A stretch of DNA of 60,450 bases from a virus (IMGVR_UViG_3300027740_000026:1-60450); one strand, 5' to 3'. Counted from the first letter of the stretch, positions 7,957-16,424 are shown. Notes: a model not told the origin generated them from the letters alone. Made by a program: numbers and translations.

Positions 7957-8634
7957 TCACGAATGGTAGTCCACGGTAACGCACAGCCAATCTGGTTTCG
8001 GGGTTATTTGCGCGGCGTAATCCTCGCGATACGTCGCGGCTTTCTCAATAAATTGATTAACTGCTGTCTTGGCTAACCCATCCCAATTTATCGGCATGTG
8101 GTTAACTCCGTTCCACTGTCCATCGCATAGCATAAACTTGGCCTCAGTGGTAGCCCCGTCATGAGATGGGGCAGCGATAATCACCCTGTGACATTTAAGG
8201 GTCTCAGGGATCTCATCAACCCTGCAAATGTCACAGGCCAGCAGGTCATTCCCGTCATACTGATTCTGAGAGTGGGCAAAGATCGGGCATGGGGTGATCT
8301 CACCGTTTTCAGTTGGGAACAGGTCGTTCCACATTTTGTCAACCATGGGGATCTGGCTGGCTGGTGAAAGCTCTTGTTTGCCACATCGCAGCCCGGAGAC
8401 CTTAACCTCTGCCGCTTTCAGGTCTTTGTAAAATTGTTCTAATTTGCTGGGGTCATATCTGCAAGACTCCTTGCTACCGGCCCATCGCCCTCCAACAACA
8501 AACCAGTCCCAGAAGGCATGGCCGGAAGCGTCTTCATCGTCGCGTTTGTTTTCATCAAAAGGATCAAGAATAGCTTCCAATGTTGCCTGGATGTTGCTTG
8601 ATGGCGGCATAATTACTTCGCAATGGTAGTGCAT
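7957..8634 (-). CDS. Conserved phage protein with WDWFVVGGRW motif (cassette cargo)
   Basis: MHY...WDW..GGRW.G...VDYH pattern; bracketed by GTTATGGA/TCCATAAC. Confidence 0.75.
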   Translation of the reverse strand: MHYHCEVIMPPSSNIQATLEAILDPFDENKRDDEDASGHAFWDWFVVGGRWAGSKESCRYDPSKLEQFYKDLKAAEVKVSGLRCGKQELSPASQIPMVDKMWNDLFPTENGEITPCPIFAHSQNQYDGNDLLACDICRVDEIPETLKCHRVIIAAPSHDGATTEAKFMLCDGQWNGVNHMPINWDGLAKTAVNQFIEKAATYREDYAAQITPKPDWLCVTVDYHS

Positions 8635-8641
8635 AGAATCT

Positions 8642-8734
8642 CCATAACAATCGGTTCAACGCAGATGGCGGGATCTGCTGTTGAGTTTTAAATTTTCTTC
8701 GGTGGCCCGCCACTGGTTAACCGAAGCGTTAGGA
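8642..8734 (+). other. attC site A6
   Basis: CCATAAC-aat-CGGTT[C]AAC[G]CAG...CTGGTTAACCG-aagc-GTTAGGA; two extrahelical bases. Confidence 0.92.
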
Positions 8735-9184
8735 GGAGCAATGCCCCGTTCCGCCTCCACAATGCCCGGCCATGGCCTGAATAAATTTGTCCATCTTGCG
8801 CAACAACCTTGTGTATCTCTCAACAAGATTTATCCCGTCAAGGTGTTCAATCAGAGCGTAGAAGGTGTCTTTCCGATCGTGGCATATCTCCGGCACTGAG
8901 GTCGTCACAAAAACCTTCAGCTCCGTCTTGGCTTTTATCTGCCTCACACAGGCTAATAGTTCGTCAAGGTATAGGCACGGTTCGCCGCCCAAAAACAGCA
9001 CGTCGTCTAGCCCCTTGGCGTTGCTTACAACCGTTTCTACTATCGCCGCAACATCGGGCTTTGTGAGGCCCAGCCCATCGAAGCGACGGTCAATGCAGTG
9101 GGCGCATTTGTTGTCGCACGCACTCGTAAAATGGACATCAAACGAGTTATATATTCCGTCGCAACAGTTACAACTAAGTTTCAT
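8729..9184 (-). CDS. Radical SAM protein, probably truncated (cassette cargo)
   Basis: CDNKCAHC (CxxxCxxC) and FLGGEP; only 151 aa; TAA inside R' of A6. Confidence 0.8.
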   Translation of the reverse strand: MKLSCNCCDGIYNSFDVHFTSACDNKCAHCIDRRFDGLGLTKPDVAAIVETVVSNAKGLDDVLFLGGEPCLYLDELLACVRQIKAKTELKVFVTTSVPEICHDRKDTFYALIEHLDGINLVERYTRLLRKMDKFIQAMAGHCGGGTGHCSS

Positions 9185-9191
9185 AAAAACC

Positions 9192-9278
9192 TCCTAACAA
9201 TAAAATTAACCTGACGGGGTTGATCCGTCCGTTTTTTGCGGGTAGTTCTCGGCCCGCAGGTTATTTAAAGCGTTATGC
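9192..9278 (+). other. attC site A7
   Basis: TCCTAAC...AAAT[T]AACCTG...CAGGTTATTT-aaagc-GTTATGC; CCTCCTAAC complements GTTAGGAGG of A6. Confidence 0.9.
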
Positions 9279-9358
9279 TCTAAACACCACTATCGCCATT
9301 GGCATCCAAAGGCCGTTTAATTGCCCCTTAAAAGTCACTTTAAAATATCTTGCCTCCA

Positions 9359-9387
9359 TTTGTACGACATAAAATACAGCGTGTCAA
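9359..9387 (-). promoter_or_regulatory. Leftward sigma70-type early promoter
   Basis: TTGACA-17-TACAAA on the minus strand. Confidence 0.65.
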
Positions 9388-9451
9388 CAAAAAAAACACT
9401 GGGTATGCAAAAAAATATATTTCACGCAAAATTTCGTTCAGTTTTTTTGCC

Positions 9452-9480
9452 TTGACTTTTTTGCCAAACGAGTTTTTAAT
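9452..9480 (+). promoter_or_regulatory. Rightward sigma70-type early promoter
   Basis: TTGACT-17-TTTAAT. Confidence 0.55.
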
Positions 9481-9569
9481 ATTATGTAATCATTGGTGCG
9501 TGGCTGCCGACCCTGTGCAAGTCGGCGGTGCAAAAAAGAGAGAGCAAAATGCCTTTATCTATACAGATT

Positions 9570-9672
9570 CAATCCTCCGTAATTCTGAGTTGCGCTCGCG
9601 GCGTTTCGGTTATGGGTTTTTCTCTCTGGCCCACAATCTGCATGGCAGAATTACGGAGGATTGTTCTTTTTT
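9570..9672 (+). promoter_or_regulatory. Leader hairpin/attenuator before the replication initiator
   Basis: Perfect 18-bp inverted repeat 9570-9587/9646-9663 followed by a T-run. Confidence 0.7.
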
Positions 9673-9687
9673 CTGTTGAATCAAACA

Positions 9688-9954
9688 ATGGATAAGAAAT
9701 TAAAATCTATCTTTGATAACCACACGTTAGGACCAACAACTAAATTGGTCTATATTTATTTAGTACAAATGGCAAACAAAGACGGTGAGTGCTGGCCAAA
9801 TTACGAGCATATCATGGCTGCGTGTGGAATTACGAGTAAGGCCACTGTATCTAAATCACTTAAAGAGCTGACTTCCGCAGGGGAAATTGTGGTATTCAGA
9901 AAATCAAACGGTTTTAGGCATTCAAACAGGTATGGAATATTGCCGTGTCGATAG
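9688..9954 (+). CDS. Winged-HTH replication initiator-like protein
   Basis: KLVYIYL...ANKDGECWPNYEHI...CGI.SKATVSKSLKEL...G...SNRY; adjacent to iterons. Confidence 0.8.
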   Translation: MDKKLKSIFDNHTLGPTTKLVYIYLVQMANKDGECWPNYEHIMAACGITSKATVSKSLKELTSAGEIVVFRKSNGFRHSNRYGILPCR

Positions 9955-10063
9955 TTCATTTTTTGAACCTTCGATAGTTCATTTTTTGAACTATCGAAGG
10001 TTCATTTTTTGAACCTTCGATAGTTCATTTTTTGTGCGATTGGATAGTTCATTTTTTGAACCG
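9948..10063. repeat. Putative replication origin: five ~23-bp iterons
   Basis: TCGATAGTTCATTTTTTGAACCT-like units at 9948, 9971, 9994, 10017, 10041 with a GTTCA/TGAAC dyad (degenerate in copy 4); followed by AT-rich TATATAAAGACCT repeats. Confidence 0.85.
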
Positions 10064-10132
10064 TATATATAAAGACCTTATATAAAGACCTAAAGACAGG
10101 CTAGCCAAGGAAGAAAATTTTAAGAGGGCCAA

Positions 10133-11680
10133 GTGAAACAATTTCGGATCGAGCATACAATTTTATCATCTGGCCCTGGATTCAATTTGAGGGACTACCA
10201 GAAAAGGGCCGTTGCCGAAATACGTTCTTCTTTGGCTGCTGGATCTCGGCGTGTTGTGATGGTAATGCCTACGGGCTCGGGCAAGAGCGCGACTTTTGCC
10301 GAAATAACCAAGCTGGCCCTGGCGAAAGGCAAGCGTGTTCTGTTCCTGGTTCACAGGAGAAATTTGGTTGATCAGACCCGGCAGGCGTTTGCCTATCATG
10401 GCGTGACAGAGACAGGCATAATCATGTCAGGCTATGAAACTGCACTGAATGAGCCTGTCCAGTTGGCGACCTACCAAACCTACGGGCGGCGGATCAAGTT
10501 GGAAGACGGCGAAACGGCGTTTAATTTCCCAGCCGACCTGATTTTAGTCGATGAAGTCCATAGGGGCGTGTCTCAGGGATACGTGGACATTTTCAGCCAT
10601 TATCCAGAAGCCGTTATTGTCGGATGCACAGCAACTCCGACGAGAGCAGACGGTCGGGGTCTGGGTGAAGTGTTTGACTCATTGGTTGATGTCGTTGACA
10701 CACAATCGCTGACTGACAACGGATATCTCGCCCCATGCCGTTATTTTGCCCCAAGTGTTCCCAATCTTGATCAGATTAAAATAGTCAGGGGTGATTACGA
10801 CGTTAAAGAGTTGGATAAACGGATGAACCAGGCCAAGCTTGTTGGCGATGTGGTGCAAAACTGGTTGCGGCTGGCAGCAGATAGGAAAACTATAGTGTTT
10901 GCCGTGTCTGTCGCCCATTCAAAAGCCCTTGCCGCTGAATTTAACAGACACGGCATATCGGCATATCATCTGTCCGCCAAAAGTACCGACGAGCAACGGG
11001 ACTACGCATTCAGAGAGATGGAGCGTGGAAATATCCAGGTGATTTGCAACTGCGCTTTGTATCAGGAGGGCATGGATGTGCCTGACATATCCTGTGTTGT
11101 GATGGCAAGGCCGACAAAAAGCCTGGGGCTCTGGCGCCAATGTGGCGGACGAGGTTTGAGACCAGCACCAGGAAAGGACCTGATGTTATTGGATCATGGC
11201 GGTTGCATCGAGGAAAACGGGTTACTGACTGACCCTGTGGAATGGAGTTTGGACGGGAAAAAGAAGGCATGGAGAAAAGCAAAAAAAAGGAAACCGGCGG
11301 AGAAAAAAGACCTCATTTGTTCGGCCTGCTCCCTGATTTTCTCCGGGTCCGCGAAATGCCCTGACTGCGGCAATGAAGCAAAAAGTTTTGGGAAAAAAGT
11401 TGAGGTAATTGACGCGGATCTGTCCGAAATTGGCGGCAAAAAAAAGGCCACAATGGAAGAAAAGCTCAAATTTTACGGGATGTTGCGTCATTATGCGAAA
11501 TTGAAGGGGTATAAAGACGGATGGTGTTATCACAAATACAAAGAGCGGTTCGGGGTGGCTCCGAAAAACGGTATCAGCCCGCCATGTATCCAACCTGATC
11601 ATGCGTTTTACTCGTGGATGAAACATTTGACGATAAAATACCTGAAAAGTAAGGAGCGTCATGCCGAGAATCGAATTTGA
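10133..11680 (+). CDS. SF2 (DEAD-like) DNA helicase with C-terminal Zn ribbon
   Basis: LRDYQ, PTGSGKS, DEVH, TATP, EGMDVP, QCGGRGLR, CSAC..CPDC. Confidence 0.95.
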   Translation: MKQFRIEHTILSSGPGFNLRDYQKRAVAEIRSSLAAGSRRVVMVMPTGSGKSATFAEITKLALAKGKRVLFLVHRRNLVDQTRQAFAYHGVTETGIIMSGYETALNEPVQLATYQTYGRRIKLEDGETAFNFPADLILVDEVHRGVSQGYVDIFSHYPEAVIVGCTATPTRADGRGLGEVFDSLVDVVDTQSLTDNGYLAPCRYFAPSVPNLDQIKIVRGDYDVKELDKRMNQAKLVGDVVQNWLRLAADRKTIVFAVSVAHSKALAAEFNRHGISAYHLSAKSTDEQRDYAFREMERGNIQVICNCALYQEGMDVPDISCVVMARPTKSLGLWRQCGGRGLRPAPGKDLMLLDHGGCIEENGLLTDPVEWSLDGKKKAWRKAKKRKPAEKKDLICSACSLIFSGSAKCPDCGNEAKSFGKKVEVIDADLSEIGGKKKATMEEKLKFYGMLRHYAKLKGYKDGWCYHKYKERFGVAPKNGISPPCIQPDHAFYSWMKHLTIKYLKSKERHAENRI

Positions 11681-12590
11681 AAAAATCAAGGACGAGGCTC
11701 GGGGCCGCTGGCGTGGAATTTTCGCGCATCTCGGGATCGAAGTTGGCGACGGCAGACATACAATATGCCCGATATGTCAGAAGGCCTCTAAATTTCGCTG
11801 TGACGATAAAACAGGGGCTGGGGAATGGATCTGTACCTGTGGGGCTGGAGACGGCTTAAAATTGATTATGGAGGCCTTAAACGTCGATTTTGTGACTGCC
11901 GTCGAAATGATCATCCCGATAGTCGGGATAGTCGAGCCCACCGAGCGGGAGGAGAAAAAAACATTTTCGGCGGAACAGGCCCGGAAAATATTTGTGGGCG
12001 CGGTTAGGGCGTCACATCAAAATGCGGCGGGCCAATACCTACGCAATAGAGGCCTGAGGGCGTGTCCGGAAACGCTCTGGTATCACGAAAAAATGTGGAA
12101 CGTCCATTCAAAAACTCATTTGCCGGCAATGGTCGCATGCGTGACAAATAAATCCGGGCAGGTGACAAATCTACACCAGACATTTTTGACGCCGGATGGC
12201 CAAAAAGCCGGGATCGAAAAACCAAAAATCTTGACGATGAATTTTGACAAAACTGACCCAACTGGTCGGGCAATCAGACTGTTCCCCCCGGAACATGAGT
12301 GCGTTGGGATCGCTGAGGGGATTGAGACAGCCCTGGCGTGTTATGAGATGCACGGTATACCAACCTGGGCGGCTGTGTCAGCGTCATGGATGATCGGCTG
12401 GGAGCCCCCGGAAGGGATACCGTTGCGGAAAGTGTATATTTTTGGGGACCGGGACAACAGTTTTACCGGGCAGGCGGCAGCGTATCAATTGGCGCACAAG
12501 CTCAAGGTCCGGCGCAAAATTGATGTTGAGGTCCAACTGCCACCAGAGGGTGATTGGCTGGATGAGCATGTCAAGAGGACTGAAAAATAA
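11661..12590 (+). CDS. Primase (Zn-binding plus Toprim domain)
   Basis: HTICPIC..FRCDD...WICTCGAGDG; IAEGIETAL; IFGDRD; DWLD. Confidence 0.9.
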   Translation: MPRIEFEKIKDEARGRWRGIFAHLGIEVGDGRHTICPICQKASKFRCDDKTGAGEWICTCGAGDGLKLIMEALNVDFVTAVEMIIPIVGIVEPTEREEKKTFSAEQARKIFVGAVRASHQNAAGQYLRNRGLRACPETLWYHEKMWNVHSKTHLPAMVACVTNKSGQVTNLHQTFLTPDGQKAGIEKPKILTMNFDKTDPTGRAIRLFPPEHECVGIAEGIETALACYEMHGIPTWAAVSASWMIGWEPPEGIPLRKVYIFGDRDNSFTGQAAAYQLAHKLKVRRKIDVEVQLPPEGDWLDEHVKRTEK

Positions 12591-12601
12591 AGGAGGTGGA
12601 A

Positions 12602-12904
12602 ATGAGAATAGGCATGGAAATCAACATAAACGTTGATAAAATCGATAAGTCCAGGATTTTTAAAGGGAAAAAAGGGTCGTATTTAAACCTCACGGTTTTT
12701 GTCGATACCGAAAAAAAAGGTGAGTATGGGGACAATGGCACTGTATCTCAATCTGCAAGCAAAGATGACCGGGCTGCCAAAAAAAAGATGCCGATAATCG
12801 GCAATGCGAAAGTTTTTTTTATCGTTGAGTCTGCGGGAGAGGCGCAAAAAAGCGATGAACCTCCCGTGCCCGAACCCACAATGGGCGACGAAGTCCCTTT
12901 CTAA
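12602..12904 (+). CDS. Putative ssDNA-binding protein
   Basis: Follows the primase; acidic C-terminal DEVPF tail. Confidence 0.55.
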   Translation: MRIGMEININVDKIDKSRIFKGKKGSYLNLTVFVDTEKKGEYGDNGTVSQSASKDDRAAKKKMPIIGNAKVFFIVESAGEAQKSDEPPVPEPTMGDEVPF

Positions 12905-12931
12905 AAAAAACACAGCGTGTGAAAAAAACTG

Positions 12932-12960
12932 TTGACATCATATCTAGTCGGGTGTAAGAT
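12932..12960 (+). promoter_or_regulatory. Sigma70-type promoter
   Basis: TTGACA-17-TAAGAT with A-rich upstream element. Confidence 0.75.
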
Positions 12961-12993
12961 GAGTCATACTCAAAATTAACGGAGGGGGAAAAA

Positions 12994-13254
12994 ATGGCAA
13001 ATCATAAAACAGTAAACGAAATTATCGGCACAACCAGACAGCGGGTACCTCGGATTAATCTCCGAGGGGTTGCGGTGCCTCGCGGTACTGCGACTGTTTC
13101 AACCCCGATTGGCCCCGTAACCTGTGAGCTGGTTTCGTGCGGGCATCGGGGAGGGTGTCTTAAAGCCCCCCACGCGATGGCGCTGTTTTTTGTCGGCGGG
13201 GAGCGGGTAACAAAGACAGAGCTGGCAAAAATGCTTGTAAACAAAGCGGGATAA
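12994..13254 (+). CDS. Hypothetical early protein
   Basis: GGAGG RBS downstream of the promoter. Confidence 0.65.
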   Translation: MANHKTVNEIIGTTRQRVPRINLRGVAVPRGTATVSTPIGPVTCELVSCGHRGGCLKAPHAMALFFVGGERVTKTELAKMLVNKAG

Positions 13255-13391
13255 TCCCGCCGCAAATCAAAGCCAATGACCAAGCCTGCCAAACGGATTA
13301 AGTCTGTTGGCAGGCTGACTTGATTGATTAGTCAATTTATGAGAGTTGAGAGTTAAGTTTATACTAATTAATTTAAAAGGAGATTACGATT

Positions 13392-13757
13392 ATGAAAACA
13401 ACGTACCAATTGGGAGTAGCAACGATAATTTTGGAAGGGATCGGACAAGAAGACCCATGTGACGGAAATTTGGTTGTGGTTAAGGCCACAATCTGCCTTC
13501 CCTCAAAAAAGGGGTATCTGGCCGAGGAGCTGCATTTTGGTTCCCGCCTCATTCTCGCGAGGGAACAGCTCACGGGAAGCTGGGGAAGGGACATTGGGAA
13601 CAGAAATTACAGGGGAAAGTGGATAAGCTTTACTGGAAAAACCTGGAAGGAAGCTAAGTACGAAGCAGCAGAATGGGCAAGGGAAGAAGTAGGAAAACTT
13701 ACTTCTGCCCTGGCGGAAAGAGAAGCGGCACTGAAAGCCGCTGGGAACTGGGAGTGA
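13392..13757 (+). CDS. Hypothetical early protein
   Basis: AAGGAG RBS; 121 aa. Confidence 0.7.
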   Translation: MKTTYQLGVATIILEGIGQEDPCDGNLVVVKATICLPSKKGYLAEELHFGSRLILAREQLTGSWGRDIGNRNYRGKWISFTGKTWKEAKYEAAEWAREEVGKLTSALAEREAALKAAGNWE

Positions 13758-13945
13758 TCCCGACCACGAAATTAACCCCTGAGCTGGCCCGGCAGCTCTT
13801 GATCGGCGGAGACCTGGACCGGGAAGAGATCGCAAAACTCAGGGGGCGGATCGAAGACCTGCTGAGAAAGAACCCGGCTGTGCTCTACCGCATTGCCGGG
13901 GAACTGGCAGCAGACGGTCAGATCAGGATTGACGATCTGATTTAA
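13754..13945 (+). CDS. Hypothetical protein
   Basis: GTGA start/stop overlap with the previous gene. Confidence 0.6.
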   Translation: MIPTTKLTPELARQLLIGGDLDREEIAKLRGRIEDLLRKNPAVLYRIAGELAADGQIRIDDLI

Positions 13946-13966
13946 GAAAAAAAGGAGGAAACGGCA

Positions 13967-14284
13967 ATGGGAGAAATGATAGACAGTGCTATGCGTTTGC
14001 GCTCAGCGGATTTTGTAGTCCGCTGGGAACAAGAATGGGATGTCTGCGCTGTGCAGGCATGGATGCAACCGAAGCAGATGAGCTATGTCGGTAATGTGCA
14101 ATGTACCGATCACGCAGTTTACATGGAGGGTCCCGCTGTAGAAAGGATTTTGTCTGAGTTCCCAAGTGCTATCCCCCGGCGTGGCTGGGGCGGCGCGTAC
14201 TGCCCTGGGATTGTTGACAAAACAACCGGACGGTGGATGTCGGGTTTTGGTTTGACCCAGAGCCGGGCAATCGGGGATATCTGA
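13967..14284 (+). CDS. Hypothetical protein
   Basis: AGGAGG RBS. Confidence 0.6.
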   Translation: MGEMIDSAMRLRSADFVVRWEQEWDVCAVQAWMQPKQMSYVGNVQCTDHAVYMEGPAVERILSEFPSAIPRRGWGGAYCPGIVDKTTGRWMSGFGLTQSRAIGDI

Positions 14285-14365
14285 TCTGAGCCGCCAAGAG
14301 TCAAGTTTGCTCATAAAGAGCACGGCATAAGCCCGAAAGTCAACCTGGATTGATATGAAGCGAGC

Positions 14366-14455
14366 AGACTACGACCAGGGTGAGCTGACCGGGCCACTCA
14401 AACTACAATAAAAAAACAGGCGGTTCCCCGGTTCTGCTCTACCCGCTTGTTATGC
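14366..14455 (-). other. Degenerate attC site B1
   Basis: Minus strand GCATAAC-aagc-GGGT[A]GAGC...GCTCACCC-tggtc-GTAGTCT (R' has lost a T). Confidence 0.7.
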
Positions 14456-14498
14456 GGCGGTTGCCGGTAAAATTATTTTCCAACCCCTTTTATTTTGC

Positions 14499-14527
14499 TT
14501 GCAATTCCGAACAATGTACGGTAAGGT
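14499..14527 (+). promoter_or_regulatory. Cassette promoter with palindromic operator
   Basis: TTGCAA-17-TAAGGT; CCGAACAATGTACGG in the spacer. Confidence 0.7.
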
Positions 14528-14600
14528 GTATTTAACAAAGGCGGCAGTTAACCGCCGTCGGACTTGGCCGAACCAAGGAATGAGTATCTGGAGAAATGAC

Positions 14601-14801
14601 ATGAAAATCGGTGATCGATTTGACGGTCAAACCAGAGACGGTGGGATTGAAAACCCGACCTCCCAGCCGATGGTATTTACCACATACCAGGGCTGGGAGG
14701 CGGGGGACCAGGAGCTAACGCTCCCTCCCCACAGCGCAACCAAACTGGTGAGTAGTGGATCACCGGCTTGTTGCGCACGTCTCGAAGTCGTAGCTCTGTA
14801 A
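14601..14801 (+). CDS. Small unknown protein (candidate anti-defence, cassette cargo)
   Basis: GGAG RBS; lies between promoter and HTH gene. Confidence 0.65.
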   Translation: MKIGDRFDGQTRDGGIENPTSQPMVFTTYQGWEAGDQELTLPPHSATKLVSSGSPACCARLEVVAL

Positions 14802-14916
14802 AGAGTCACGACTTCGGCCACTGAATAAGATTCGGGGCGATACCTGGCCTGGCAACAGAACGAAGGTTTTAAAAGTTATTTTTATAGCAGCGCCTGACCC
14901 GACTAGAGGGGATTAC

Positions 14917-15120
14917 ATGACCAACAAGGAGTTTCAGGCCCAGCAATCACGGCTGGGCCTCACGAATGAACAGACAGCCGCCATTCTCCGCGTGTCGATC
15001 AGGACTGTGGAGAAATGGCGGCAGGGAGTGCGGGGCGAGATACCAGGGCCGGTGGTCGTGGTTTTTTCCCTGCTTGAGCATTACCGCAGTGCAATTTCAT
15101 GGCTGCGGGGTGACACATAA
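14917..15120 (+). CDS. XRE HTH autoregulator (Aca-like)
   Basis: LGLTNEQTAAILRVSIRTVEKWRQG..IPGPV; paralogue of 15571-15774; TAA inside attC B2. Confidence 0.85.
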   Translation: MTNKEFQAQQSRLGLTNEQTAAILRVSIRTVEKWRQGVRGEIPGPVVVVFSLLEHYRSAISWLRGDT

Positions 15121-15176
15121 CGACCAGCATCACCGGACCGCTGCTTTTGCGGTTCCGCGTGCATGCGAGGTTATGT
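15115..15176 (-). other. attC site B2
   Basis: Minus strand ACATAAC-ctcg-CAT[G]CAC[G]CGG...CCGGTGATG-ctggtc-GTTATGT. Confidence 0.85.
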
Positions 15177-15218
15177 GGCGGGTGCCGATAAATTATTTTT
15201 CAACCCCATTTTATTTGC

Positions 15219-15248
15219 TTGACACAACCGTACATTGTGCGGTATAAA
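15219..15248 (+). promoter_or_regulatory. Cassette promoter with palindromic operator
   Basis: TTGACA-18-TATAAA; CCGTACATTGTGCGG matches the inverted operator at 14507 at 14/15. Confidence 0.75.
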
Positions 15249-15313
15249 GAATGAAAGAGCGGCAATCACGCCGCCCACAAACAGCCGGTTTTATCCGGCG
15301 AAAGGAGAACGAC

Positions 15314-15574
15314 ATGAGTACAGATAAAAGATTTTTTGACGTAGCGTCCAGCATGGCCGCGAGAAGAATTTCCTCCCTCTTCACGAGGGGGGAGCTGGTC
15401 ACATCCCATGATGGGATGGTGGACCAGTACCGGGGAAACACCCCGGTGAGGTCTTTTGGTGACCTCGGTCAAATTTTCCCGGTATTTCACCGGGAAGCAT
15501 ACCGGGAACTCCGAATACGGGCCGGAGTTCCCGCCAGTAAAGCCACGTGGGAGTGGCACCAGGTGGTAAAATGA
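15314..15574 (+). CDS. Small unknown protein (candidate anti-defence, cassette cargo)
   Basis: AAGGAG RBS; ATGA-coupled to the HTH gene. Confidence 0.7.
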   Translation: MSTDKRFFDVASSMAARRISSLFTRGELVTSHDGMVDQYRGNTPVRSFGDLGQIFPVFHREAYRELRIRAGVPASKATWEWHQVVK

Positions 15575-15774
15575 CACCGGACGAGTTCAAGGCCAAGCAA
15601 GCCGCGCTTGGCCTGACCAACTTCGACGCCGCCACAGTCCTCCGTGTTTCCGTGCGGACGGTGGAGAAATGGCGGCAGGGCACAAGAGCAGTGCCGGGGC
15701 CAGTGGTAGTGATTTTCTTCCTGCTGGCCAAATATAAAGGGGCGATCCGGTACCTACTGGATCGAGACACATAA
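15571..15774 (+). CDS. XRE HTH autoregulator (Aca-like)
   Basis: LGLTNFDAATVLRVSVRTVEKWRQG..VPGPV; TAA inside attC B3. Confidence 0.85.
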   Translation: MTPDEFKAKQAALGLTNFDAATVLRVSVRTVEKWRQGTRAVPGPVVVIFFLLAKYKGAIRYLLDRDT

Positions 15775-15833
15775 CGCTCCGGCTCACTGGTGCCGCGCAG
15801 TTTGCGGCTTCCGCGTGTAGCCGGTTGTTACCC
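15769..15833 (-). other. attC site B3
   Basis: Minus strand GGGTAAC-aa-CCGGCT[A]CAC[G]CGG...CCAGTGAGCCGG-agc-GTTATGT. Confidence 0.9.
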
Positions 15834-15889
15834 TGGCTAGCCACAAAACCAGGGCAACAAAAAATAATTAATTAATATCATTTTTTCTA

Positions 15890-15917
15890 TTGACTCCCTC
15901 TGATATTGTGGTATTAT
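15890..15917 (+). promoter_or_regulatory. Cassette promoter
   Basis: TTGACT-16-TATTAT with extended TG. Confidence 0.65.
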
Positions 15918-15967
15918 TAAATCAAAGGGAGGGCAATAAAGCACTCTCACAAAACAGGGAGCAAAAC

Positions 15968-16159
15968 ATGAAAACTTACAAAGAAATGTACGAAGAAGCT
16001 GCTGCTAAAACAAACTTTGTATACAAAGGGTATACAAAAGGCAACGCCCTTTCTCTGTACGTTGACGAAAAATACGGGGTGAATGCGGCGGCGGACAATG
16101 CCGCTCATGACGCTCTTTGTGAAGTTGTATCAACAATGAGTTTTGACGATGAAGAGTAA
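15968..16159 (+). CDS. Small protein with acidic tail (candidate anti-defence, cassette cargo)
   Basis: GGGAG RBS; 63 aa ending FDDEE. Confidence 0.7.
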   Translation: MKTYKEMYEEAAAKTNFVYKGYTKGNALSLYVDEKYGVNAAADNAAHDALCEVVSTMSFDDEE

Positions 16160-16340
16160 GAAAGGCGGCAATAGACCAGGGGCCGGGAGACCGGCCCTAA
16201 AACCCGACGAAAAGCCGAAAGATATTTCCCTTCGCTTGCCCCGCGATCTGGTCGAAAAGCTGGACGCGATGGAAGGAAGCCGGGCAAAGCTGATAATTGC
16301 AGCCTGTCGAGCCTACTACAAGATTCGCCCGGCAGGGTAA
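16149..16340 (+). CDS. Ribbon-helix-helix DNA-binding protein
   Basis: GGNRPGAGRP + ISLRLPRDLVEKLD...SRAKLI; TAA inside attC B4. Confidence 0.8.
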   Translation: MKSKKGGNRPGAGRPALKPDEKPKDISLRLPRDLVEKLDAMEGSRAKLIIAACRAYYKIRPAG

Positions 16341-16424
16341 CATTCAGCATAATCAGCGGCGGTCTGTGAACCCCGTTAAAATCACCGCGCGTCCCCGCCG
16401 TCTGCGTTGATGCGCTTGTTAGCA
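16335..16424 (-). other. attC site B4
   Basis: Minus strand TGCTAAC-aagc-GCAT[C]AAC[G]CAG...CTGATTATGC-tgaat-GTTACCC; CAGGGTAAC complements GTTACCCTG of B3. Confidence 0.9.

Noticed and set aside
9948-10063. Regular repeats as a CRISPR mini-array
   Set aside because: Units are contiguous 23-mers with no unique spacers and sit beside an initiator gene; iterons fit better
14888-14921. Solitary CRISPR-repeat mimic (Racr) TGACCCGACTAGAGGGGATTAC
   Set aside because: Only loose resemblance to type III repeats from memory, and GAGGGG is explained as the HTH gene RBS; a CRISPR repeat database search would be needed
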